Shown: piece after piece, positions 51,038 through 64,000 of the stretch | How the letters are laid out: the number at the start of each line of letters is the position of its first letter | Position numbering within the stretch: the first letter of the stretch is position 1 | Assembly: GCA_951406725.2 (NCBI GenBank) | Contig: OX597814.1 | Span: forward strand, 49,414,001-49,478,000 | DNA: 64,000 nucleotides | Origin: Octopus vulgaris | Lineage: Eukaryota | Reading direction: 5' to 3' | Position numbers and translations under genes: made by a program | Notes under the pieces: model-generated | The model's input: only the letters and a program-made list of their open reading frames with translations | What the model was told of the DNA's origin: nothing | The model's database searches: none

Positions 51038-51535
51038 ATCATCATCATCATCGTTTAGCGTCCGCTTTCCATGCTGGCATGGGTTGGACAGTGCAACTGG
51101 GGTCTGGGAAGCCAGAAGGCTGCACCAGGCCCAGTCTGATCTGGCAATGTTTCTATGGCTGGATGCCCTTCCTAACGCCAACCACTCCATTAGTGTAGTG
51201 GGTGCTTTTTACGTGCCACCTGCACAGGTGCCAGACAAGTCTGGCAAACGGCCACGGTCGGATGGTGCTTTTTACATGCCATCGGCACGGAAGCCAGGCG
51301 AGGCTGGCAAACGGCCACGATCGGATGGTGCTTTTTTACGTGTCACCGGCACGGAGGCCAGGCGAGGCTGGCAACGGCTACGATTGGATGGTGTTTTTAC
51401 GTGCCACTGGCACGGAACCCAGTCTGGGCGGCACTGGCAACGGCCATGTTCAGATGGTTCTCTTATGTGCCACCAGCACTGATATCACAGCGACAATTTC
51501 CATTCATGTTGATCGATTTTGAATTTTGATTTTTA
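51038..51535 (-). mobile_element. RTE 3' UTR/tail with about 5 internal repeats
   Basis: Highly similar to 54727-55140. Confidence 0.9.
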
Positions 51536-52145
51536 CACGCATATATATATATAAACATTCATTAATGCCTGGGTGTTATTATCAATGTATGTATGTATAT
51601 GAGCCAATGAGTAAGACATCTATGTAGCTACACCCAACAGAAATAGTAACTGATTCTCTCTCGTGTCAAATCATTCTGTTTGATGTTATTTCGATACAAT
51701 ACCTGAGCACTGCTGGTATTTAATAATGCTATAAGTGTTATAACAAACATTAGTTAGTGTTTAATAATGTTATGATGGTTATAACAGACACTGTATAAAA
51801 AAATCAGGCTTCTTCATCATAAAACAAAGCAGCTACAGTCAGTAAACCCAATGAGAACAAAATCATAAACTGACATCCCACAAAAAAAAAATCAAGAAAA
51901 CTATATGTTTAGATTTATTTTCTATCATTCTAACATTTGTTGTCAGGGATGTTAAAAAAACTGGATATTCCTGTTGAGTGGAAGCAATTCTGCAAATTAC
52001 ACACCAACTACATGATCAATAGATAAAGCTAAGGTTACTGCATCATAAAAGTGATCATAATGAATCATTGATCTCATTAGTAGCTGGTCAGCTATGTTTT
52101 TCACTAATGCCATATGTATGCCAAAACCACCTCCACTTTAATATA

Positions 52146-53232
52146 CGAGGGACGTTCAATAAGTAATGCTCCTGATCCACTTGCAGTTGGTTGATCTAGC
52201 TGAAAATTTGCATGTGCAATTATTTATATCTCTATAGATTAAGTGGCAAATTACAGCTCTGAACTAATTGTAGTTTCTGATTTACAGGTGTTTGAACAGA
52301 GTCAAGTGTGAAATGGAGCCAGTTGAGTGTCGAGCAGTGATCCGGGTTTTGTATTTGAAAGGACGCACACCACGGGAGACTTTTGATGAAATGAAAGTAA
52401 CTTATGGTGATGATGCCCCATCATATGACCTTGTAAAACGCTGGCATCGTGAATTTAAACATGGTCGGAACTCTGTGGAAATAGCTCCCAGATCTGGTTG
52501 CCCCTTCTGCCATTGATGAGGCATCTGTCCGTCAAGTTGAGGCTGCCATTTTGGAAGATCGACGCATAACTATTCGCCAAATAGCCCATGAGGTCAAGAT
52601 TAGTACCGGGTCTGTGGAAACTACCATTCAGGACCATTTGCATATGCAAAAGGTGTCTGCCAGATGGATTCCCAGGTTGCTCACACCTTTCCAGAAGCAA
52701 GAACGCGTCGAGTGCTCGAGGATGAATTTGGAGATGTGCCAAGAAGATGAGTCAAAATTTTTCAAAAGACAGATTACACAGGATGAAACCTGGGTCCATC
52801 ACTATGATCCAGAGACCAAAGCCCAGTCAATGCAGTGAAAGCACCGTGACTCACCGCCTCCAAAGAAGGCAAGGGTGCAGCCCTCCGCTGGCAAGGTCAT
52901 GCTCACAGTCTTCTGGGACCAGGACGGAGTAGTGATGACAGATTTCCTGGCAAAGGGTACCACAGTTACAGGAGCCTATTATGCTTCACTTTTGAAGAAA
53001 TTAAGAGAAGCTATCAAAATCAAGAGGCGGGGCATGATCAGCAAAGGCATCCTCCTCCTGCAGGACAACGCTCTGGCGTGACGCCAGATCAGAAGCACAG
53101 ACGTGTGGCTATGAACTCCTCCCCCATCCCCCCTACTCTCCTGACCTTGCACCCTCTAATTTTCACCTCTTCCCAGCCATGAAATTGTTTTTGAAAGGAA
53201 AGCGTTTCTCAGATGATGTAGCCTTGATTTCT
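52146..53232 (+). mobile_element. mariner transposon, 3'-truncated, with pseudogenised transposase (ATG 52313)
   Basis: TA|CGAGGG left end; WIPRLL, TQDETWVHHYDPE, LQDNA and HPPYSPDLAPSN motifs; frameshifts and stops; no right TIR seen. Confidence 0.9.
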
Positions 53233-53449
53233 GATGCTAATGCCTGGTGAAAATACTACATTTATCAGTTCTTTCCTGTGCAACTATATTTATGAAAACA
53301 ATAATGAAATATTCTAAGCTAATTTGTACAACATTGAAACATCTCCACTTAAGTCCCAAAGGTAGGATTGTCTATTAGACAAGCAAAAGGATAGATTTTA
53401 TAATCTCCTTGTCTAAAATATTCCAAAAATCAATATCAATGGTATCATT

Positions 53450-54480
53450 TTCATAGTGGTTAATTACTATGGCCATGTAAGGTAACACAAAGATGATACA
53501 CTGATATGGAAGCATTGAACTTAATACAAGGAATAAAGAGGGATTAAAATTCTTGAATTTTTCTAATGAAAGGCTGTTATCATTTTTACAACAGAAGTAT
53601 CAGAAAACTAGTTACTTACTTAGCAGGTGAGTATGAGGTACTATTGATGTTGTCTTAATTGAAGTGATTGATTTGTAATGATTCACTTACTATAACCACT
53701 AGCACACAGATGAGTGGTTTTATCTCTTTGCTCTAATATTACTACAATGGCCTATAGTGAAACTAAAAATGGCTGGATCTTTTCATAACAAACCATTTAG
53801 AATTCTTCTTACACTCATGCTATTCCATTAATTGCTATCGCACAAACATCAAACATACCAAATGCCATGGTTATCACTATTCTACACCTGATAACCTATA
53901 AAATCAATCCAAACTGCAAGACAATCTGTTCATATAAACCAGAATGTCAATGAACAAGTTTATCAGAAGTAATACTGGTACACTTACTCTTATTGAATGT
54001 TAAATGAGGAGTATAAGTGGGAACATGTGGGAGTACTCCATGTGGAATTAACAAATGACCCAGATTTTAAGATTAATTTCAGCAAAGGCAGGGAAAGCAG
54101 CAGGTTCATAAGTAATAGCTACTGAGCTATTGGAAGCATCAGGACATATAACTGTTATGCTAGCTCACACTTAGCTAATCAGATTGAGTAGGAAAATATT
54201 AACTCCAAAGACAACTTCAGCTGTTTCCTCAACTCCAAGAAAGAATAATAATAAAGACTGCATTGAAAATAGGCAGTTGCAGAGGCTTCAGAATCATAAA
54301 TCAGATCTAGAAAATAACTAATAGTTTAACTAAAATTGAAACAGAATTGTGTCAACTTGGATAAAATGTAATTTGCGTTTGTGCTAAAAATGTGGAGCTA
54401 TTTGTACTATATTTCAACTAATTCACTGGCAAGAGAAAGTTTCAATTAAGAACAAACAGTTTATTTATATTTGGAGAATG
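53450..54480 (+). mobile_element. Very old RTE remnant
   Basis: Scattered motifs RNKEG, LNEEYKW, KAGKAAG...IATELLEASG and VNLDKM*FAFV, colinear with the young RTE. Confidence 0.55.
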
Positions 54481-54726
54481 TTTTTGAAACAGTACAAAAT
54501 GGGAAGTGGCTTATTCAATATGTAGAAAGGAATTAGGAAGAAGCTCAAAAATTGTTTAGAGAAAGATATTCAAATGATGTAGAGATATTCTGGAGGTGAT
54601 AAATTAGATGTTTCAGATGTAACATAAGTAGTTAGCAATAACGAATGCAGGAAATGTTTAGCTTATTCACATACTCGATACATAGAGAAGATGTAATGGT
54701 ATATCAAATGTATTTCCAAACATGAA

Positions 54727-57118
54727 ATCATCATCATCATCATTTAGCGTCCGCTTTCCATGCTAGCATGGGTTGGACGGTTCAACTGGGTTCTGTGAAG
54801 CCAGAAGGCTGCATCAGGCCCAGTCTGATCTGGCAGTGTTTCTACGGCTGGATGCCCTTCCTAACGCCAACCACTCCATGAGTGTAGTGGGTGCTTTTTA
54901 CGTGCCAGACGGAGCTGGCAAACGGCCACGGACGGATGGTGCTTTTTACGTGCCACCAGCACGGGGGCCAGGCAAGGCTGGCAACGGCCACGAACGGATG
55001 GTGCTTTTTATGTGCCACCGGTAACGGAGGCCAGTCGGGGCGGCACTGGTATCACAGCTGCAATTTCCATTGATGTTGATCGACTTCGATTTTGGTCCTG
55101 CTTTCTGATATCTGATTTGATTTGGTTTGATTTTGATTTTGATTTTCACTTGCCTCAACGGGTCTTCACAAGTGGAGTTTTGTGTCCCAAGAAGGAAAGG
55201 TATGTATAAGTCGACTGGCTACATAGCAGGTAGAGGCCATGGGTTATGGTCTCACTAGTCTTGCCGGGTCTTCTCACGCGCAGCATACTTCCATAGGTCT
55301 CAGTCTCTAGTCATTTCCTCGGTGAGACCTAAAGTTCGAAGGTCGTGCTTCACCACCTCGTCCCAGGTTTTCCTGGTTCTACCTCTTCCACAGGTTCCCT
55401 TAACAGCTAGGGTGTGGCACTTTTGCACACAACTATCTTCAGCCATTCTCGTCACATGACCATACCAGCATAAACGTCTCTCTTGCACACCACAACTGAT
55501 GCTTCTTAGGTCCAACTTTTCTCTCAAGGTACTTACACTGTCGATTATGAACACTGACATTACACATCCATCGGAGCATACTGGCTTCATTTCTTGTGAG
55601 CTTACGCATATCCTCAGCCCATGTTTCACAACCATGTAGCATGGCTGTTCATACACATGCATCATACAGTCTGCCTTTTACTCTGAGCGAGAGGCCTTTT
55701 GTCACCAGCAGGGGTAAGAGCTCTCTGAACTTTGCCCAGGCTATTCTTACTCTAGCAGTTACACTTTCAGCACACCCACCCCAGCTACTGACTTGGTCAC
55801 CTAGGTAGCGGAAGCTATCAACTACTTCTAGTTTTTCTCCCTGGAACGTGGTAGAAGTTGGTCTCTGCACATTTTCAGTGTTTATTGCTCCTGAGCATCT
55901 GCCACAGACAAAAACTATTTTCCTAGTTAGTCTTCCTTTGACATTGCTGCACCTCTTATGTGTCCATAGCTTACACTTGGTGCACCTTATAGAGTTTCTA
56001 CCTACACCTTTTTTACAGATCGAGCAGGGCCATCTACTTGAAGGCGTTTGTGATTGGTCTACCTTCCTACTTATTAGGACTTTGGTTTTGGCTAGGTTGA
56101 TTCTAAGGCCCTTCGATTCTAATCCTTGCTTCCACACCTGAAACTTCTCCTCCAGTTCTGATAGTGACTCAGCAATTAGAGCAAGGTCATCAGCATAGAG
56201 GAGCTCCCAGGAGCATCCTGTCTTGAATTCCTCCGTTATTGCCTGGAGGACTATGATAAATAGAAGGGGACTGAGGACTGAACTTTGGTGGACCCCAACC
56301 TCTACCCGGAATTCTTCACTGTACTTGTTGCCAACCCTCACCTTACTAGCAGCGTCTCTGTACATGGCTCGCACAGCTCTCACTAACCATTCATCTATCC
56401 CTAGTTTCCTCATTGACCACCAATAAGGGATCAGGAGACCCTGTCGAAGGCTTTCTCCATGTCAACAAAAGCCAGGTACAGAGGCTTATCTTTGGCTAGG
56501 TATTTCTCCTGCAGCTGTCTTACCAGGAATATAGCATCAGTAGTACTTTTCCCTAGCACGAACCCAAACTGCATCTCATCTAAGCTGACGCTCTCTCTAA
56601 TTAGTTGGGCTATGACCCTCTCCGTAACCTTCATTACCTGATCCAGCAACTTGATACCCCTGTAGTTATTTGTATCTAGGGCGTCACCTTTACCTTTGTA
56701 GCAGTTGACTATTATGCTGCTACATTGGGAATGACTCCTTCGTGTATCACCTAGTTAACTATGCGGGTGACTAGGTTATAGCCTACACTACCAGATATTT
56801 TGAGCATCTCTGCAGTAATTCCTGATGGGCCTGGGGCTTTCCCTGTTTTCATGCTTGTAATTGCCTTAACTACTAAGGAACTGTCAACTCGGATTGCTGG
56901 TCCCTCTGTTGGGTCAACATTCAGCAGACTCTCTTTATCCCATTCATTTTCCTCATTCAGCAACCTTCCATAGTGGCATCTCCAAACATCTCTCTTTGCA
57001 TCCTCATTTAGCGCAAATGAACCGTCATCCTTGCGAACACATTTCTCTCTCACACACTGTCTTGCAACAAGAAATACCTCAAGTCTTTCATCCTCACGGC
57101 GCAGAACATTGGCAAAAT
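54727..57118 (-). mobile_element. 5'-truncated RTE LINE with RT domain, in the 3' UTR of gene E
   Basis: GKAPGPSGI, QFGFVLGKSTTDAIF, AFVDMEKAFDRV, GVHQSSVLSPLLF, LYADD, FRYLG, WYGHV; few disruptions; (GAT)n tail. Confidence 0.95.
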
Positions 57119-57222
57119 GATGGTGAAGAAAAAAGGACAGTGGTGTTGTAAAATCCATATACTCAAATTAATGACAAAACAGAGTTATTTGTAGAAAATA
57201 GTTTATTAAGAATGTATTATAG

Positions 57223-58557
57223 CTACGGTTTCTCTCCTGTGTGTATACGTTTGTGTTGAGTTAAATTATCACTTCTAGAAAATGTCTCACTACAGATATC
57301 ACAATGGTATGGTCTTTCTCCTGAGTGAATACGTTTGTGTCGAGAGAAATGACCACTTTGAGAGAATGTTTTACCACAGACATCGCAGTGGTATGGTCTT
57401 ACTCCTGTGTGGATACGTATGTGACGTGACAAATTAGCACTTCCAGAACATGTTTTACCACAGATATCACAGTCATATGGTCTTTCTTCTGTGTGAATAC
57501 GTTTGTGGAGAACCAAATCAGCACTTTCAGAATATGTTTTACCACAGATTTCACAGTAGTATGGTCTCTTTCCTGTGTGAATACGTTTGTGGGAAACTAA
57601 AGTACTTGAAAGAGCAAATGCTCTACCACAAATATCACAATGGTAAGGTTTTTCTCCTGTGTGAATACGTTTGTGGTCAACTAAGTGACCTTTCTCAGAG
57701 AATGCTTTACCACAGTCATCGCAATTATATGGCTTCTCCCCTGTGTGAATACGTTTGTGTCGAGAGAGATGACCACTTTCAGGGAATGTTTTACCGCATA
57801 CGTCACAGTGGTATGGTCTTTCCCCTGAGTGTATACGTATGTGTCGAGAGAAATGTGCAATTTGAGAGAATGATTTATCACAGATATCACAGTGATATGG
57901 TCTTTCTCCTGTGTGAAGACGTATGTGGCGAGACAAAGCAGCACTTCCAGAAAATGATTTGTCACAGATATCACAGTGGTATGGATTATTTTCTGCGTGA
58001 GTACGTTTGTGTGTAGACAAGTTAGAACTTCCAGAATAGGATTTACCGCAGATATCACACTGATATGGTTTTTCACCAGTGTGAACACGTTTGTGGGTAA
58101 CCAAATTGCCAGGCACAGAAAATGCCTTATCACAGATATCACATTTGTATGGTTTTTCTCCTGTATGAATACGTTTATGGGCGACTAAACCACCATTCTC
58201 AGAGAATGCTTTACCACAAATATCGCAATGGTATGGCTTCTCCCCAGTGTGAATACGTTTGTGTTGAGAGAAATTATACTTTTGAGAGAAACTCTTATCA
58301 CAAATATCACAGCGGTATGGTTTTTCTCCTGTGTGAATGCGTTTGTGTCTAGAGAAATGACTACTCTGAGCAAATGTTTTACCACAAATATCACACTGAT
58401 GTTGTTTTTTGCCTGTGTGAATACATTTATGAGAAGATAACAATTTCTTTGAAGTGAATAACTTCCAACATATATCACAAGGGTGCAATTTCACCTCTGT
58501 ATGTTCTTCTGTCTGATTAGATGAATCAGTTGCTTCAGGCTCAGTTGTCTCATCCAT
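57223..58557 (-). CDS. C2H2 zinc-finger protein E (444 aa, 15 fingers)
   Basis: Intact ORF; closest paralog is D. Confidence 0.95.
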   Translation of the reverse strand: MDETTEPEATDSSNQTEEHTEVKLHPCDICWKLFTSKKLLSSHKCIHTGKKQHQCDICGKTFAQSSHFSRHKRIHTGEKPYRCDICDKSFSQKYNFSQHKRIHTGEKPYHCDICGKAFSENGGLVAHKRIHTGEKPYKCDICDKAFSVPGNLVTHKRVHTGEKPYQCDICGKSYSGSSNLSTHKRTHAENNPYHCDICDKSFSGSAALSRHIRLHTGERPYHCDICDKSFSQIAHFSRHIRIHSGERPYHCDVCGKTFPESGHLSRHKRIHTGEKPYNCDDCGKAFSEKGHLVDHKRIHTGEKPYHCDICGRAFALSSTLVSHKRIHTGKRPYYCEICGKTYSESADLVLHKRIHTEERPYDCDICGKTCSGSANLSRHIRIHTGVRPYHCDVCGKTFSQSGHFSRHKRIHSGERPYHCDICSETFSRSDNLTQHKRIHTGEKP

Positions 58558-58990
58558 AACTTTTCTCTTTTAATCAATATTTTCTCTGTATGATGGTTTT
58601 TATTAAAGCCTAATGATGTTTTGGCTCTTGAAAAAGAACTTCAGGTAAATTTATTAGACAGAATTTTGTAAATTAATAACCAGTAGCTAAAGGATCATTA
58701 TTAAACTAGCTCCAATTGACAAAATATATCCAGATATTAAAATCCTTACACATAAGACTGTTAAAAATTCATGGTAAATCCTCGAAGTACAGAAAATTGT
58801 CCAGTAAACGTGTGTTGTAACTTTTACAAATATTCTTAGTTCCAAATAAATTTTTTCACATCCATTCAACCAAGAGTTATAGAAAATACTTAACATTAGG
58901 TTGATGAAGTTATTTTCAGTCTTCTGTGAAATATTTTAATCTCAATGTTATCTGATAACCTGTAACAGAAGACAACATAAGAATAAGGAA
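58558..58990 (-). other. 5' UTR and acceptor (exon starts at 58959) of gene E
   Basis: tacag|GTTATCAGAT on the minus strand. Confidence 0.7.
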
Positions 58991-60008
58991 TAATGAAGTG
59001 TTAATACGAAAGATTATTCTAAAAAAGATATGACTACAAATATGGGAAGAATGCTCAGAATGTATTTACAAAGAAAAGACCCAATGATATACAAATGCTG
59101 TGGAAATAGATGAGGACAATTGATGTGGATCTTGGAATGAAAAAGACCTTCCAAGATCACTGGCCACTATATAAAGCTTTGTAAATAATGATTAGAACAT
59201 CCTACAATTATAATTGCGTCCACTCGATCGAAGCAAACAAAAATGCACATATCTACACCTTAACATGCAAAGTAAATAGTAAATTACTTCATTTGACCCA
59301 AACTTTCATTGTCTCCTCATGCATAACCAAATCAATTCTTGGAAATAAATCTGTGTGTGTGTGTAAATCTAGTGTCAAAATGAAACTGTAAAATGAGAAA
59401 CTCGGACGAACTAGCGCCAAAGAAATGGTTAACCTATTATGGACAACGAAAAATTACATCGTTGAGAAAGACACGGAATATAAAACGTATAAACGATTAA
59501 TAAAGAAAGAGTTGAAATAAATAGATCAAATAAAATACATTTCTTGAAAACTAAATACTATTTTACTACGAAACAAAGTAAAATGGAGACTTTTGGTAAT
59601 GGAATTATGCATGAAGTTTTAACTCATTCATTTTGTTGATCCGACGATTCGAGTGTTCGCAAACAACGATACCGATTAAAATGAAATATAAATAAAAGAT
59701 GTGACGATTATGCGGGAGAGTAATAATTCTTTACGTTTCAGCATAAACACATATGAAGAGCTAAATTTAATAACCAACATGTTCTTGAGAATGTCATTCA
59801 ATACGAACAAGTTCCATTACATTCTTTATTTGTATTGATTCAATCGCTTTGAAATCTGAGAATGAAAAGAAAGAAGTCAAAATGAAGAAATAAAAGCCCC
59901 CACTTTCACACCTAAAAAGCCAAGATAGTACATGGTGTAGCTGAAGTAGAAATGAAAATATAAATTATACAATTTTGAGAGAAGAAATATCTAAAATATA
60001 ATAGCGAT

Positions 60009-60100
60009 ACTTACTCTATGTAGTTAAATGAAATAATGAGATGTACTGAAGTCAGACTTTAAATCAGCGAGGATAGATTCACCAGAACATTCAACTACTT
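60009..60100 (-). other. Predicted non-coding exon 1 (3' part) and donor of gene E
   Basis: gaatgttctggtgaatctatc...cttcagtacatctcattatttca...aga|GTAAGTatcg on the minus strand, GT at 60014. Confidence 0.65.
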
Positions 60101-60419
60101 TTCTGTTTTCTTCTCATTACTGAACAGTTTATTTTAAAAATTCAACTACGGTAGTTGATTGACTATTACTAAGACTGAATAAATATAGAGAAATGATATA
60201 TCAACAATGTTTATAAATTGTAAACGAACGAGGATGACATAACGGAAGTATCATTGACTGTAGAGGAAGAACCGGTAAAACTGGCCTCTATGCATTAGAG
60301 AGTGATATACATGCTGAAGTTTGCGTTTGTTGTCAGTCACTCTTTTTTTTTTAGGGCTGCGGTGTTCCCGATTTGTCTATTCCGTCTTCCTGTCTTTTTT
60401 TTTGTTTTTTTGCCGGCAA

Positions 60420-60687
60420 TATGGTAGACGGAAACTGAAAGAAGCCCGTCGTATATATATATATATAGATATGTGTTTGTGTGTCTGTGTTTGTCCCCTA
60501 GCATTGCTTGACAACCGATGCTGGTGTGTTTACGTCCCCGTTACTTAGCGGTTCGGCAAAAGAGACCGATAGAATAAGTACTGGGCTTACAAAAGAATAA
60601 GACCCGGGGTCGATTTGCTCGATTAAAGGCGGTGCTCCAGCATGGCCGCAGTCAAATGACTGAAACAAGTAAAAGAGAGTAAAGAGT
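60420..60687 (+). mobile_element. SINE family 3, 3' part
   Basis: TGGTAGACGGAAACTGAAAGAAGCCC...GCATGGCCGCAGTCAAATGACTGAAACAAG, matches 26445-26707. Confidence 0.85.
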
Positions 60688-63600
60688 AATATATTTAGAG
60701 CTTCGTTTTCTGGTGTGGCTTTCCTTGTTGTTTAATTTGAAGATATTCTTGAACCAGCATATCTGTGATCAAAGGTGGTCCAGCTCTGTCCATCTTTTTT
60801 TCCAAAGTACTTAAGTGCATTACAAAATGCACTCTCTTTTTTTTAAAAAAAAACAAAAGCTGTTTGAGTGAATATCGCATAGAGGTTATTTTATGGTCAT
60901 ACTGATCATAAAATCTTTCACACTGAAATTTCTGAATTATTCTGTCATATATGACTGCTAATGTAGCTTTCTGTATGCTAACCTAGAACTAATGTGTGTT
61001 CTCAAAGCCTTTTATGAAGCATTTTCATATCAAAGATTGCTCCTTACTTTTCCAGACTGGGTTTCTAGTTTTGCTATGCTGTTTTCCTTAATCCTAAGTC
61101 ATCCATTTTTTTTTAAAGTCCTTAAATGTCAACAGCAATTCTTAAACCTTTCAAAATTTCAAGCAAGTCCTGTATAGTTTATAGTCTGTAGCTATTCTTA
61201 AATCTTAAAAAATTTCAGATTTTTCATTGCTTGCTCATCATCTATTCTTGCATCTATGTATTATATATTTGCTGCCTAAGTCGTCACTTGCCTTAAATGC
61301 TTTATTCTGTCCTTTAAGTTACATTCTCATCTATTATAATGTCCTGTTTTCTGCAACACCAAAGTCCTAAGCTCTATCAACTTATGTACCAACTTTCCAT
61401 TTGTCTTTCATACAAATGCTATAGTGATTCTATCTGAACTCACCACTCCACAATAGCTAACATTTTATTCTTAGTATGTATCTCTACTTAATCTATGACT
61501 GATTTCCAGACTATTACAGTTTCCTGATATATCAAAAAAAAATTTAAAGAACCATTCTCACAGAGACCAAGCTCAACTTTACAGACTGTGGATCAATATC
61601 AAAGAAACCAGTCTCAACTGATTCCCAACCTCAGTTATTACAACTTTTTATACCAAGGTGTACCAACTACTTTTAGGCTGCTTTGATTTCAAGAAGTGCT
61701 TGAATATGCATCAACATCTTGACAATTCATTGTCAAACTGACTGACAAGAATGCTGTCATAGTGTAGTGGTCTGTCATCTCAACAAACCACTTTACAAGC
61801 TATATAACAACCATGCTCACTGCAACCAATACATTCTTTACCACTATTGATAGCAATCTTCCCATTCCACATCCATTATGTTTTTGTCCCTTAAACTTCT
61901 TTCATGCTCTCTGCCACTTCCTTCTTTCACTAACTTGTTACCATCCCTTATGAAAAGTGGCTCCCAAGTCCTTAAATTATTTCTTGACCATCATACCAAA
62001 CTCAAAAACAGCACCATTACTTTTCTATGCACTGCTGAACTAATCATAACCTTCAGTTGTTTCTTCTTTTCGGGAGAATTCTATCAGTGTGTCTGAATAT
62101 GCTCTACCCATGCCAGTTAATTGGTTACCTTGAAGTCCAGAATTTATATTAGTTTGTTGGTTCCCAACTCAGAGTGATACAATCATTAATTATGTCAGTG
62201 CCATCGTTCACTTCCTCTATTAATTTGTTGGACATCTCATATTCCAATGATTACCTTAACCTCTTCTCCGACTTTTAAAAATTCGTGGATTCCAACTCCT
62301 ACCTTAATTTCTCTTTTTCTTCATCTCATCAAATCAGCTATCCCCTTATTTGCTTAAATTCTGAGGCTGAGTTTAACCAAATGCTCCACTTCTTTCTCTG
62401 CCATCAAGTAGGTTGAGCTATTAATTGCACCTCTGTCCTCTTCTCCATACCTGTCCAACTGTAATGTCAGTTTTCATCTTTCATTATTAATTGATGCTGA
62501 AATACCTTTAAAAAAATATCACCTTAAACATTATTATAAATTTAAAGCTTGGCATAATCTTCGGACTTGCCAGCTTCTTTCAATCTGTCTAACCCATGCC
62601 AGTATGGAAGGACATTAAATAATGATGATGATGAATTTTACATTTAATATACATTAATAAAGGTATGTCTTAATTCAGTAAAATATAGAAACAATCTTCG
62701 CTACCATATTTTCAACAGTATAAATGTACCATTTTAATTGGAAAATCTTGCTGACCACTACATTTATATATAGAGAATGATCAGAATAAAATGATAGTGC
62801 ATTCTTTGAAAAAGTTATAAGAAACAACCTACAAAGCAATATATTTTAAGATTCTGCTTTAATGAGGTTGCATAATTTTCTACTCTCTATATATTCTCAT
62901 ACAGAGTGAGTTTCACAAATACTGTATTAACTATTTGAATGTTCTAGTAGATACATTGTCATTCAGTGGAGTTTTGTCATGGTTTACTTAAGTATCATTT
63001 TGTCATATATCTATTTATGATGCTCACATATTATCCTCTCAAATAAATATGAACAGTACACAACTAGAAATGTTGAGGTTGTTACAACTGTTAGACCTCC
63101 TCATCACTCCTGCACATTTTCAATACAGTCAAAGATTTGTCTTCTTTTTCAAGACTAGAAAATACGAGCACAAATACAGCAAACATCCTAGTTCACATAG
63201 AAGTCATTCACCTGATTAGCAATGCTTCTATCAGTAACATATTACAACCATCAACTCTCTTAGCTACTTTAACGGGCTGTCATCATTATCATCATTTCAC
63301 ACCTGATTGTCCATGCTGAAATGGGTTGGATGAGTTGTCATCATCTAGCTTTGTTTTGTTTTTTTTCAGTGTCTAACTCATATGACCTACTCTGGGTTTT
63401 GTTTCTATTGTTAAATGCCCTTCCAAAACACAAACTACTACACTGTGGGTGTCATATTCTAGGCATGACCAAAGAGTCCATTCTAGCCTACAGTGTTGCT
63501 ATTTAAACACCAGTTACTTTACAATGAGTACAAAGCATATTTTGTTATTGAATCAACATTTGAGAAGTTACTCTGTTCCCTGCTAGACTTTCTTTCTTTT

Positions 63601-64000
63601 CTACGTAGTCTCAGTTTTTTACCGGCATGTGACAAAGTATAAACAAAGGGGCAGTGATAACCAAGAATGTGAAAGAGTATGTATATGTGATGAAAGAAAC
63701 AGAGAACAGTAGGGGAAAAAAATGATGGCTACATGTAAAAGGTTGAAAAGAAAAATATGACTAACTTGATGGCATAGCAACAAAGATAATGTATCATAGT
63801 AGAAGAAAGTGATGATAACATAACAAAGATGGTAGTTAGTGAGAGTAAAAGAGACAGTGGTATGTCTAAAAACATCAGGATGTTTCTTACAGATATTGCA
63901 ACCTTCTGAAGTACATCACATATCCATTTTTTCTTTTAAACATTAAGCTATAATTATTCAAGCTAAACATCAATCTTACCAGTCAAGATGTAAAACTACA

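Noticed and set aside
57450-58478. Antisense and off-frame ORFs over the ZNF genes (also at 5.4-6.2, 18.0-18.8, 28.7-29.5 and 39.2-40.6 kb)
   Set aside because: Expected by-products of the 84-bp finger periodicity; no independent coding evidence
61400-62500. Possible ancient LINE remnant
   Set aside because: Only vague compositional hints; no motif I could read with confidence

Overview
AT-rich animal genomic DNA. It is most likely an octopus or other coleoid cephalopod; this is inferred from the repeat families and the KRAB-less tandem C2H2 cluster and is not proven. The window holds five paralogous C2H2 zinc-finger genes with single-exon CDSs: A 4910-6238 +, B 17488-18822 +, C 28953-29720 - (premature stop), D 39203-40639 - and E 57223-58557 -. 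A decayed sixth copy lies at about 36.5-37.4 kb. The paralogs share a whole cassette: a non-coding exon 1 (found for A, B, D, E), an intron, an agGTTATCA acceptor about 370-475 nt upstream of the ATG, an acidic leader, an atypical HKC lead finger, and homologous 3' UTRs. The spacers are filled with RTE, CR1-group and CRE-like LINE fragments, three tRNA-derived SINE families, a mariner, a Tigger-derived element and a non-autonomous Helitron. Most notable: (TA)n-associated elements carrying minimal hammerhead-ribozyme-like motifs (two of them palindromic), a splice-junction-created uAUG, a 20-unit acidic heptad expansion in gene A, a 136-bp identical tract between D and E, and a PHD finger inside the RTE reverse transcriptase. 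All analysis was by eye; no searches were run.
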